The notes under the pieces: generated by a model
What the model saw: only the letters and a program-made list of their open reading frames with translations
Told to the model about the DNA's origin: nothing
The model's database searches: none
In this document: piece after piece, positions 1 to 11,653 of the stretch
How positions within the stretch are numbered: position 1 is the first letter of the stretch
Layout of the letters: each line of letters opens with the position of its first letter
Translations under genes and position numbers: made by a program
Source: Selaginella moellendorffii
Lineage: Eukaryota > Plantae > Lycopodiophyta
NCBI RefSeq assembly: GCF_000143415.4
Contig: NW_003314399.1
Coordinates: 15,798-79,797, forward strand
Direction of reading: 5' to 3'
DNA: 64,000 nucleotides

Positions 1-3000
1 TTGTCGTCCACCACCAGGATCCATTTCCCGGTGAGGAGACTGTGGAGATTGTTGCTGCTGCCACTCCCGCTGTTGATGCTGGCGCTAGTGTCGCTGCTAC
101 TGCTGGTGGGAGTGCTTGATTCTCGTGTTCTCCTCTTGAGATCCAGCCCCAGCGCTTTCTCGAGATGATTTGCGATGTGGCTTGCTCGGAGCGGCTTCTT
201 TATCACGTTGTCCGAAAAGCCAGCGGCCTTGGCCTTGTGCTCGTCGTCGTCGAAGGCGAGGAGCACGAGCTTCGGTGCTAAAGTTGGTCCCGCCTCCTTG
301 ATCTTGCTGGGATACGAGAGCCCCGTGGAAGAACCCCACGCATCTTTGTCTATCAGAATCATATCTAAGTTCCTGTGACCGAGAAAACAAATAAGATCCG
401 ATGACCATCTATCTCAAACTACACGATCTTCTCTAAAATGGAAGGACTTACTTGGATCTTTGGTGAGCTAGAGCTGAGGAGACATCACTCGCAACGTCGA
501 CCTGGATCCCGAGCCTCCGCAAGTGATATCTCGTCACCTCCGATCGAACGGGCCGTCCATCCACGACGAGAGCTTTGAGTCCACTCAGCTGCGTCGTGAG
601 CGGCGTTGACGAGTGTGCTGCTCGCTGCTGCTTGGAGCACTCGGCGCTGTGAGCAGCCTCGAGCGCTTCTAGATCTCCCACCTTGAAGTTGACGGTGAAC
701 CAAAACGTTGTCCCAACTCCAAGGCTGCTCACGAAGCCAATCTCTCCTTTCATGAGCTCCACCAGACACTTGGAGATGCTGAGGCCGATCCCAGTCCCAC
801 CATAGTTCCGCGAGGTAGAGCTATCGGCTTGCATGAATGGCGAGAAAACTCTCTCCTGTGCGTGGACGGGGATCCCCACTCCTGTGTCTTCGACGCTAAA
901 AACTAGCTTCACTGTGTCAACCGGTTGCTTGTGAGTTGTGAGCCGGGACTTCTCCTGTTTCAGTATGAGCTTGAAAGTCTCCCAGTTGTTCCTTCGATCG
1001 GCGGCCTCGAGACCGCTCAGCGTGCTGCACGATCCCGCAGCGTCTACGGTGTTAAGTTTGTCCGAGTGATCTTGCGTCTCCGTGACTTGTTTCGAGCACG
1101 CCTCGCATTGTGCTGACATTGCGGCTTTCACGTCCTCTTCCAGGTGCACGGAGACGAAGATATGCCCGCGATCCGTGAACTGCGAGAGAAAAGAAACCGA
1201 CCATTTGAAAATGATATATCGATCCGGATCATGAGGGTGTTCAAGGAAACAGCTTGGAAGATCTACGTACCTTGATTGAGTTTCCAACCAAGTTGGTCAC
1301 GATCTGGTGGAGCCGAACGGGATCCCCAAGGACAACGTCAGGGACTCTCTCGGAAACGTATGCCGCCAGCTGCAAGCACGTAAGAAACGGGATTGGAGAT
1401 CTTATACAAGATTGGAGATCATTTTGCTATGTAGCAATCTAAATACTAGTAAACAAAAGCTTACTTCGATTCCTTTGTCCTTGTTCTCCGCAGAAAAGGG
1501 CGTGAGAATATCGTCGAGAATCGTGCGTAGCTTGAAAGGGACAGTCTCGAGCTCCATCCTGCCGGACTCGATCTTGGCCTGGTCCAAGACTTCGTTGATA
1601 AGTTTTATGAGTTGCTTCCCACTTTCGAGGGCCGTGTGAGCGTAATCCCGCTGTGTCGAATCGAGCTCCGTGTCCATGAGCATTTGCAACATGCCTGCGT
1701 AGAAGAAAAAACAGTTAAAATCGCAAGAAGGAATCTTTCAACCAGATCTTACGCACCAAGCACGCCATTCATGGGAGTCCGGATCTCGTGTGATACAGTA
1801 GCCAGGAACTACATAGTTAGAAAAATCTCGTGAGTCCACTGTAGAGGTGATCTAATCGTACCTGAGACTTCGCAACATCGGCCGACTCGGCTCGAACTTT
1901 AAGATCTTCCATCTTGCGATAATCCTCCTCAACTTTGGCGATGCGGTTGCCAGCCGCGTAGAAGATTTGAGCCACCAGCAAAACAATGACAACGATTCCA
2001 AAGGTGGTGGTGATCGCCGTCCACACAACAGACGCTTCCTTGTTAAACCTGGGAGAGAACAAATCTAAGAGTAAGCTCCTGAGAGAATTATAGACAAACT
2101 CTCGAGACTTTCTTTCGAAACTTTGATACGAGAATGGAGATTGCTTTCACCTGCATCGCATCTCGTGCTTCCGGAAGGGATCCCCAAACTCGAGCTGACA
2201 TACTTCGATCTCGTTCCCGTCGGGAATGTTTGGGCCGTACATGACAAGCGGATTGGACTTGTTCGTGACATCGTTGACATTGACAATGATGGTCTGGCTT
2301 TCGGACAGCTGCCGCAAAAGGTTCTCCACAAGCGACTCGAAGTCAAATGCTCCACCTACATAGCTGCAGCACAGCCATGGCCCTTCCCATCAGAAAAATA
2401 GAGAAACCTTCCATGATCTTCTTCATCTCTCTTTTTCTGTCTGTGCGGTATGTGCTACTGAGTGATGTTGGTGGTAGAGCAAACAGTGGTATTGAGAAGA
2501 TCTAGAGTAGTGTGAGCAGAGTTACCGACCCAGCGGTCGCTTGGATGCGTTGAGCAGGCGTTGCGTCGTCTGGAAGATCCGTCTTGTAGACTGTGAACGT
2601 AAGAACAACTCCCAAGTGATCCGACTCGAGAAGCCGGAACGGACTCGTGAGAGCTCCCTTGCCGCTTGCTCGGGAGCGTAAGATGTTCTCTCGATCCTCC
2701 TACAAAAGCCACAAAAGAAGCGCTTAAGTTGATGGAGGAAAACTTTGGAAGACAAATCGAAAACTTATAGCAAACCTCGCCAGACATCATGTCCACGGAC
2801 GCTAGATGGGCGAGAGTGTTCTGCGAGAGAACCGTAGGAGCGTACTCGTCCAGGTTCTGAGCTCGCGGAGCATTGCTTCGCATCTCTTTGATGCTCCATC
2901 CCATCTCCTCCTCGAAAGCTCGCCGTTGCCAGTGCTCCACATTGTGAGCATACGCCACCCCGGACATGAGCGGCCTCTCGAAGGACGTCCTCGCAGTGTA

Positions 3001-3760
3001 GGCCGCAAAAGTCTCCTGCAAAGCAACAAGCCACGAAAGCTGAGCTAAAGTTCCAACTCCAAAAGCTCGAAAGCTGGCCTTGTTCTTGAGAGAAAAGCTC
3101 TCAAGAACCAGGCCAACTTTCGAGCAAAAACCAGAAAAACTGCCTTGCCTGATCGAGCGCGGATGGCTGCTTCGCGAGATGGAAAGTGGTGACGAGGGCC
3201 GTCAAGGATCGGACGTGGTTCATGCTGGAATTAAACTGGTCCTGGAGCATCCACGCTCGCTCCTTGCACATATTCGCGAGCGTCTCCCTCCGGCGCTCAA
3301 TGTAGGAGTCCGTGAGCGAGTGATTGATGTAGACCGCGGCTCCAAGCCCGAGGATCAACCAAAGAACCAGCAGCTTGCCGTGATACTTCTCCCCAAAGTA
3401 TTTTACGTGGCGCTGCTTGCTCATGCTAGCACTGCTGCCACTGCTGCTGCTACTCATCGTGGTCGTCGTTTGAGTCGTGGTTTGCGTGGTTGTCTGCTGG
3501 ATCGTCTGCGTGGTGGTGGCGCTCGATGGTCCCAGCAATCGCCCCCTAGAAGAAGACGAGGAGGACGTGATCATCACCAAGTTGCTGTTAACTTGGTGCT
3601 TCCACGAAGAATTCCTAGCTCGCGCCTTGAGCTCCTCCGTGGTGGAGAGCTTCTCCTCCGGCATTGCCTCTCTGCTCTTCCTCTGGAGCTTGATCCTCAC
3701 AGCAGCTGCCGCTGCCGCTAAGAAGCTCACATCGTCCCGCGGTGGAGGAACTTGACACAT
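1..3760 (-). CDS. CRE1: CHASE-domain hybrid histidine kinase (cytokinin receptor, CRE1/AHK4-like); multi-exon, 3' end runs off the window
   Basis: Exon translations give RRRETLANMCKERAWMLQDQFNSSMNHV, ETFAAYTARTSFERPLMSGVAYA, EYAPTVLSQ (CHASE), FLATVSHEIRTPMNGVLG (H-box, ~1753-1810), VEDTGVGIP and ADSSTSRNYGGTGIGLS (HATPase), and WILVVDD (receiver) at the window edge. Start at 3760 or 3664. Confidence 0.95.
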
Positions 3761-3959
3761 CGATCGATTTCTTGGGATTTTTTTCTTCTTCACTCTTTCC
3801 CTCTCTTGCTAAGCTCCTCCACACTGCCACTCCATGGACGATCCTAAAACCCGTCGCCCAGAGGCCACATTCCACGACCCAGTACCAAAACTCGCTCCAT
3901 CGCTCCCTCGGAGAACCTCCGCCGACCCATCTATCACTCCCCTGGTAGAATGCGTGCTC

Positions 3960-4125
3960 ATCTCTCTCCCAAAATCTCTCCTCTCTCTCTCTCTCGCTCT
4001 CTCTCCTCTCTCTCACCTCGCGCGATCAATCGATTTAGCCCATCCTCTCTCCTCCTGGCGGCCTGGGCGAGAAGAGGGACTATTGCTTTCGCTGTGTGTG
4101 TGTGTGTGTGTGCTCGAGAGAGAGC
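3960..4125. repeat. (CT)n/(GA)n and (GT)n microsatellites in the kinase 5' region
   Basis: ctctctctct runs at 3960-4015 and a (tg)n run at 4094-4112. Confidence 0.85.
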
Positions 4126-5196
4126 TCACACATGGCCCAAAGCCGTGGCCACAACCCGCACGGCCGTACCCGCACCGTACAGGATTTGATTTTGGGACCG
4201 ACCGGTTGGCATGTCCATCCAAACCATAGACATATGATATGCGGGCCACAGCAAATCTTCCATACAGGCGTACCACCGGATTTGTTTTCATTTCTTTTTC
4301 GCCTCCAATGCGACTTGGAGTGGCGTGGAGCAACAAACCCTTTGCCCTAAAATTTATTGAAAGGTCTTCTTCGTTATGGTTTCTAGAATTTTTCCTTTTT
4401 AACTGTTTTTCTTATCTTTTTTATCCACTGGTGGGATATTTTTTCTCGCTTTTTATAAGAAAAGTTGTCGGACGCACATAAGAGCACGATTGACTTTGGG
4501 TAAAAATTTTGTTAGACTTTCTGGTGAAAGGGTGGATTCTCTCTTGCAAAATCATGGGTATGGGCGAATTGTTCCTTTTTTTTTTTCTTTTTACATGCTC
4601 TCTTTGTTGTGAGTGTGTCTTCTTGAAAAGTTCTGTCCAGCTTTGGGGCGAACCTTGGACTCCATGCGAAACAGTCAACAGATGGATCGAATCAGCACAA
4701 TGCAGTGTGATGATGATACATCAGCATCATCATCCAGCCGACTTCGATTCGATGGTGCAAGCAGCAGAGAGAGAGAGAGGATCGAATTGTAATCAAGCCA
4801 AAGCCCACCATTTTAGTTGGGGTCTTTTCAAGAACAAAGGGGAGCGAGCGGTGTAAAAAAAACTTCACTGTTGTCACTAAGCAAGATCTGCAAAAGAGAT
4901 GGTGAACAAGAATTCCACTGCGGAGATGATGCCAAGAAGAAGCAATCGAGAAAGTTAAAAGTAGAGCTTTCCTTGCCTCGAGAAGAACAGTGTTGCCCAC
5001 CAGCAAGTTTCTTCCTGGAATCAATCTCACGCCTTCCAACAATGATCTGTTCGAGAAGAAAGAAGGCGATATCACAAGATCGACTACCTTTTTCCTTCCA
5101 CAATGATCGAGGGGACACATACCAGCCGGGACTTGCGAACGATCTCGCAAGGCCATTTCCAGAACCATGAACGATCGCCCAACAAAGAATGGAATT

Positions 5197-5688
5197 CTAG
5201 ACTCTGCGCTTCTTTGGAGGGCGGCATCCATTGAAAGGAATGGCGGTCACGTCCCTGATCTTGAGCACTGTGAGCCCGCCCTGCTTGAATCCTCGCAGCA
5301 AGTACTTCCTCTTGCCCACCCCAAATCCTCCTTTGAGCCTCACCTCCACCGCTTTCATCCCCAGCTGCGCGGCCCCTCGCGCCGCCTGCTCCGCCACCGC
5401 ATTCGCCGCAAACTTGGAGTCGCGATGCGAACCCTTGAATCCACACATCCCCGCCGACGCCTGCGCCCTCGCGTTGCCCTCGAAATCCGTGATCGTGACA
5501 AACACATTGCCGTGCGTGAATCGCGAGTGCGCGATTCCGGTCTTGCGCGGCGGCGCCGACCCCGATCCTCCCGCTGCTGCCGTGCCGCCGCTGGGCGATG
5601 CCGCCGTCTTCACGCCGCAGAGACGCTGGCAGAAGAGAGCGCCCGATTCCGCCAGCGATCGCAAAGCCCTACGCGCAGCCAGCGCCAT
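5197..5688 (-). CDS. RPS11: Organellar (mitochondrial-type) ribosomal protein S11, intronless, with N-terminal presequence
   Basis: GIAHSRFTHGNVFVTITD, SAGMCGFKG and IRDVTAIPFNGCRPPKKRRV match bacterial/organellar uS11; Arg/Ala-rich N-terminus MALAARRALRSL. Confidence 0.93.
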   Translation of the reverse strand: MALAARRALRSLAESGALFCQRLCGVKTAASPSGGTAAAGGSGSAPPRKTGIAHSRFTHGNVFVTITDFEGNARAQASAGMCGFKGSHRDSKFAANAVAEQAARGAAQLGMKAVEVRLKGGFGVGKRKYLLRGFKQGGLTVLKIRDVTAIPFNGCRPPKKRRV

Positions 5689-5931
5689 GAGAAATTTTAG
5701 GGTTCTTGGCGTGGGCACATTTTAGGGTATCTTGCTTAGCGTAATCGCTATCTTCTACACAGTAGCTCGTTTAGTAGCGTTTGTGGATTAGGGCGCCCAT
5801 CGCCCACGCCCAGTGTGGAGGGCGGAGATGGAGACGCCAATGCTGTGAGTGAATGAATCGAGGTACGATTTAGCGGCAGCGCGAGGTCGCCGATCTAATT
5901 GCGCGCCGGATCTAGATTCTAGATCTGGGAG
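5689..5931. promoter_or_regulatory. Short divergent promoter region (RPS11 / auxilin-like) with telo-box-like motifs
   Basis: 243 bp between the divergent ATGs; ttttagggtt at ~5695-5704, tttagggta at ~5721, and GCCCA motifs at ~5795-5812. Confidence 0.55.
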
Positions 5932-8659
5932 ATGGAGGATTTCGCGAACTTGCTCCACAGGGATTATGGCATCAAGCCCCAGGGCAAGATGGCTCCCATG
6001 TCAGCTGCCAAGGCCACGGCATCCGCCGGGGGTGAGCCGGCGATGAAGGGTAAGAGCAGCAGCGGCGGCAGCAATGCTAGATCGGCCAGAGCTTCCTTCG
6101 GAGACGACGATCTCTTCTTTGGTTCCAAGCCGCGCAATGCCTCTTCTTCCTCGGAGCCGCTGGGTGGATCCTACGACGATGTTTTCGGTGGTCCGCCCAA
6201 ATTTGCTCCTCCCAAGCACACATCGTCCTCCGCCCCATCGGTGCCTGTCTACGAGGACATCTTTAGATCGCAGCCGCCGCCTCCGCCATCGTCGTCCTCT
6301 TCCAGAGATCACTCTCTCCCGGTTTTCGACGCTCCTTACGAGGATGATATCTTCGTGGGTGTGCGAGGGACTCGCTCCTCCTCGGGCGTTTCTTACGACA
6401 ATGTCTTTGGTGGTGGTGGAGGAGGAGCTAGCTCCAGTGAAAGCCCGACGGATGATCTGCTTGGGGGATATAGATCGGGACCAAAGACCAAACCTCCTCC
6501 GCCACAGTTCGACACTGGCTCCACACCTTACGATGATGACCTGATACCAGGCATGGGATCCGGGTACGTGTTCTTTGTAGTTTCGTCCTATAAGTCTGGA
6601 AACTTAAAAATGCTGTTTCCAGGTACTCTTCTTCCAAGCAGCCAGAGCCGAGCTCTTTCATCTCTGTCGACGAACCGGCCCCTGCTTCGACGGAGGTAGA
6701 CCCTTTCGCCGGTATTGAACCCGATCCATTCTCTGGCGTACCTTCTGTTTCAGATCCTTTGGATCCCTTCACCGGCTATCCAAAGTCAGTTAGACAAAGC
6801 TTTGGTTCTTCCAGGAAAGCCGACGTGGACAACGATAGTGATGATTCTTTGCCAGAAGGAAAAGAGGAAGCGGTGCAGGAAGATTATGTTCCGGCGAAGG
6901 ACTACGTCCCGAATGAAGAGTACATTCCAGCAGATAGTTATGGATCAGGGGACTTCACGGAGGAGGGAACTTCTCGTGAGTTTAAGGAACCTTGGGTGAC
7001 CGTTCACAGTGTGCGGCTCTTGACCGACCCTACAGTAGCGCCGCCTCCTTCCCGACCACCTCCTGGTCTTGGCTACCACGAGAGTCCGTATGTGAATGGT
7101 CGTCACGACTTTCAAGGGGGACTAAGTGACGATGAGGACGAGGCAGAAGCAAGATACAAGCTTGAGAAGGAAAGAGAGTTGCAGAGAAAAGCGGAAAGAG
7201 AAGAAGAGGAACGCATACAGAGAGAACGGGAGGAAAAGGAGAGGTTGAGGAGAGAACGGGAGGCTGTTGAAAGAGCTACTCAGGAAGCGAGGCAGAGAGC
7301 AGCGAAACAGGCTCGTGAGAGAGTCGAGCGAATTGCTGTGGAGAAGGCGACGGCTGAGGCTCGTGAAAGAGCAGCTGCTGACGCTAGGCAGAGGGCTGCT
7401 GAGAGAGCAGCAGCCGAGAAAGCGGCTTCGGAAAAAGCAGCGGCCGAGACTCGAGCAAGGGAACGAGCAGCAGTGGACAGAATCAATGCTCAAGTGCGCG
7501 AGAGAGCAGCAGAAGAAGCACGAATAGCAGCAGAAAAGAAGGCGGGGGAACGAGCTGCCGTGGGAAAGATCAATGCTCAAGTTCGCGAAAGAGCTGCTGA
7601 AGAAGCACGTAAAGCTGCTGCTGCGCAAAACAAAGCGAAAGAGCAAAGATCATCGTCTGACGACTTCGAAGGAGGTATCTTCGGCCGCGCAACAAGTGCT
7701 CCCAAGCAACGACCTCCAACTTCGGTAAAAACGGCGCCTTTGTTATATTTTTGGTTGACGAGCCCCTCGTATTTTTCCTACAGGATTTCTCGAAGCCGTT
7801 TCCTTCGAGTGATAAAAGAGGCTCCTCGGGCGCGCCAGTGAAGAAAGTCTCATCAGTCTCTGGCATTGATGAGTTAACGAATTTATTTGGTAAGCAGAAG
7901 GCGTCTTTAGTGCAATGGTCGGCTAACGGGCTCTATGCTTTCTCTTAGACAATCCATCTTCTCCTTTCAGAGAGATAGATGGTGAAACACCTGATAGAAG
8001 GAAGGCTCGGCTGGAACGGGATCAACGCACACAAGCACGAGCAGTGAGTGTTTTCCAAGTTTCACACTTTACGCTTGCACTTACGTGCTGTTTAATAGAG
8101 ACAAGCTCTGGACGAAAAGCATCGGAGAGATTTGGCGACCCAGAGAGAGCAAGCGGAGAAACACGTAAAACGTTTTTCAAACATTAAGATGCGTAGAACC
8201 TTAATTCGGTTGCATACTTTTGCAGAGAGCTAGCGAGACATTAGACTCGGAGATAAAGAGATGGGCTGCAGGGAAGGAAGGAAATCTTCGTGCCTTGCTT
8301 TCGACCCTGCAATATGTAAGTAGAAAACGCATTGATCGATTCATCTCAATTCTTTGGTCCATGAATTCGCAGGTATTGTGGCCGGAATGTGGGTGGCAAC
8401 CCGTTTCCCTCACGGATTTACTTACTGGAGCGGCCGTGAAGAAAGTGTATAGAAGAGCTACTCTGTGCGTGCATCCTGATAAGGTGCAGCAGAAAGGAGC
8501 GACGATCCAGCAGAAGTACATCGCAGAGAAAGTGTTTGATTTGTTGAAGGTGGGGAGATTCTCTCTCTTGTTCTTCCCATTTCTCTGGAGCTCACATCTC
8601 TTGTTCTTGGTTTTCTCCAGGAAGCTTGGAACAAATTTAACTCAGAAGAGCTTTTTTGA
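5932..8659 (+). CDS. Auxilin-related protein (C-terminal J domain, clathrin uncoating cofactor), multi-exon
   Basis: N-terminal [13 protein letters not shown], several DPF motifs, E/R/A coiled coil, [20 protein letters not shown]...[15 protein letters not shown], last exon [12 protein letters not shown] (8621-8659). Confidence 0.95.
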
Positions 8660-8756
8660 TTGGCAGGGATCGTTGTTTCGCATTTTCTTCTTCGCAGGTA
8701 TTATTGTAAATGTGGTGGTGATGCCAAATAAACAAAGATATCACATTTTGAGGCTC

Positions 8757-8774
8757 AAGGGTTTAGGGTTAGGG
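8757..8774. promoter_or_regulatory. Telomere-like telo-box repeat just upstream of PRP3
   Basis: aagggtttagggttaggg, 11 nt before the ATG at 8786. Confidence 0.65.
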
Positions 8775-8785
8775 TGGGAGGGGCG

Positions 8786-11332
8786 ATGGAGAAGGAGAGG
8801 AGGGATAGGCGCCATAGGGTGGAGGAGGACGATCGCTGGCACCATGACGAGAAGCGCGAGCGGCGTCACCACAGGGACGTGGATCGGGAGGAGGATGATC
8901 ATCGCCGGCGCCACAAATCTTCTTCTTCGAGGTATGACAAGCAGGAGGATGATAGGCGGCATCACAAATCCAAGGAGGAGAGGCACGACCGAGGTCACAA
9001 GTCTTCCAAGGAGGAGAAGGAGAAAACGAGGTCGGAGAAGCGCGGCAGGGAGCAAGATGATGATTTGAAGAAGCGTAGCAGGGATCAGGAAGATGGATCT
9101 AAGGTGGAGAAGCGGAGCAGGGATCAGGAGGATGAATCAAGGAAGGACGCGAAGCGCAAGCGCGATTTGGAGAAGGAGACGGCCGATAAGTCGGTGAGTA
9201 AGCGGAGTCGTAGCGAATTTGCTGAAGAAGAGAAAGCTTCCAATGTAGAGATGAATGGACAAACACCAGCACAACCAGTGGTGGCCTTAACTCCGGCTCC
9301 AACTCCGACACCGGCTCCATTTTCATCTCCAGCTCCAGCTCCTGTTCCTGTTCCTACCCCTGTTCCAGCTCCAGCAGCAGCTCCAGCGGCTGTTCCACAG
9401 ACTGCCCCTGTTGCTCCAGAACCGTCTCCAGCACCGGAACCAGAGGTGGCACCAGTTGCTGGTGATGCATCGGCCATAGCGAAGGCCAAGGCGAGAATGA
9501 GGCAGCTTCGCAAGGAGCTCAACGAGAAGCTGAAAAAGTTGCCACTGGTAAGTGAAGTGGAAGTTTGTTATTTCTTTCGTTTGAGTTCCTTTTTCTCTTC
9601 TCTTGTTCCTAGTTGGAGCAGCTGGCAAACGAAAATGATAGCGCGAACACTATAACCCCAGATTCTGTGGTGCCTTCCGGAACAGTGGACGTTGTTGCTA
9701 ATGCCGCAAACATAGCGAGTTACAAGCGTGCTCAGGAATGCGTAGCTCGCCTCGGCTTCCAACAGCCGCCTGGTTCCATGGCACTTCACGTACCGGGTGT
9801 TCCATCGGCTGGGCCAAAAGTTGTAAAGCACCCCGTTCTTCGCTTGGACAAGCAAGGAAGAGAGATTGACGAGCACGGTGTCGTTGTGGATAACCGGAAG
9901 TCAAACATCAGCACACTCAAGGTGAGTTGGTTGTTTTGGGGTGCGGTCTGATCTTTCTACGGTTTGTTATATGTACTTAGGTGAACATCAACAAACAAAA
10001 GAAGGATGCTTTCCAGATTTTACATCCAGAATTGGAGGAGGATCCAATAAATAATCCTCATTTTGATGCGGACATGGGAATGGACAGAACAAAGCTTGTA
10101 CGTCAAAGGAGAAACTCCTTTCAGTTCGTGGAAGAGGGAAGATGGACGAAAAAGGCGGAAATCTTTCGACTTAATGTAAGGACTCTGATTTTTTTTCTTC
10201 TACTAGTCACTCATAACTTGTGTTTAGAATCGTTTTGGGGCTGCTAAAGCCCGCGAGATAAGGTCGAAGCAGGCGGCCCTTGCAAAGGCCAAAGCAGAAG
10301 GGGACATTAACCCAAATCTTATAGAAGTTACGGAGAGGATATTCAAGGATGACAAACAGCACCAAGACCCGATTCCTCATGTGGAGTGGTGGTAAGTTTT
10401 CTTGAGTTAAGCACAAAGTAAAATCTGACATGAAGTTTTCCTACAGGGATTTCGCTGTTCTACCTCCTCAGACACAGAGTTACGACGAGGTGATCGACGG
10501 AGCTGAGGTGAAGTTCAAGAAAGAGAAGATCAATATCTACGTTGAGCACCCCGTACCGATCGAACCCCCAGCAGAGCCAGCGCCTCCACCACCACAGCCA
10601 CTCAAGCTAACGAAAAAGGAGCAGAAGAAAATGCGGACCCAGCGTCGTCTAGCCAGGGAAAAAGAAAGGCAAGAGCTGATCAGGCAGGGAAAGATCGAAC
10701 CTCCAAAAGCAAAGGTGAAGATGTCCAACCTCATGAGCGTGCTGGGAGCCGAGGCAACCCAGGACCCGACGAGGATGGAACACGAGATCAGGACTGCCGC
10801 GGCCGAGAGAGAGCGCGCTCACACGGACAGAAACCTCGCCAGGAAGCTCACTCCAGCCGAGAGACGCGAGAAGAAGGAAAAGAGGCTCTTTGACGACCAG
10901 GGGACGCTGGAAACCATAGTCGCGGTGTTCCGGGTGAGCGACATCTCCCATCCCCAGACTCGGTTTAAGGTGGACATCAACGCCCAGGAGAACAGGCTCA
11001 CAGGTTGCGCGATCATCACCGACGGCATGACGGTGGTGATCGTCGAGGGTGGCGCAAAGTCGATCAAGCGATACACCAAGCTGATGCTCCGGAGGATCAA
11101 CTGGTCCGCGAAAGAAGAAGGCAGCGGTGGAAACGAGCAAGGGGACGAGGAGGATGGAAACGAGGAGAAGGAGAACAAGTGCGTCCAGGTGTGGCAGGGA
11201 AGCGTAGCTCGGCCAGCGTTTGACAGGTTCTTCTTCCAAAAGTTCCACACCGCCGGGGCCGCGAGGAAGTACTTGTCCGACGCTGGAGTTGGGCATTACT
11301 GGGACAGCGCGCTGCATTACAAGGAGGAGTAG
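8786..11332 (+). CDS. PRP3: U4/U6 snRNP protein PRP3 (RDM16-like), 5 exons
   Basis: [111 protein letters not shown]. Confidence 0.96.
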
Positions 11333-11653
11333 ATAAAGAAGAAGATCGCGATGATCCATTGCGCTGCATTACAAGGGGGAGTAGAAAAGAAGATCGCGAG
11401 CGATGCAAAGAAGGATGATGGTCGAGTGGTGATCGAAGTTTTGCTACTGCTACGAGCAAGATGGTGAGTGGTCGAGTTTCTTGCTGAAGGATCTGGTTTT
11501 AGAATTCTTTCGTGTTTCTTCCAGCGCTCGATCGAGGTAGAAAGCTGCGAAATGCTAAAGCTTTGGTCAAATAAAAGAGGAGGGTTTGGTTTAATTGGTT
11601 TAAAAACAAGTATATGATTGGAGGATCACGGGAGGAATAGGGAGGAGAGAGCG

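Noticed and set aside
3080-3721. Long antisense ORFs over GC-rich genes (also 5167-5725, 10649-11359, 12742-13323)
   Set aside because: Shadow frames of real genes with biased codon usage.
4692-5231. ORFs between the kinase and RPS11
   Set aside because: No recognisable motif, mostly non-ATG starts; probably UTR or promoter sequence.
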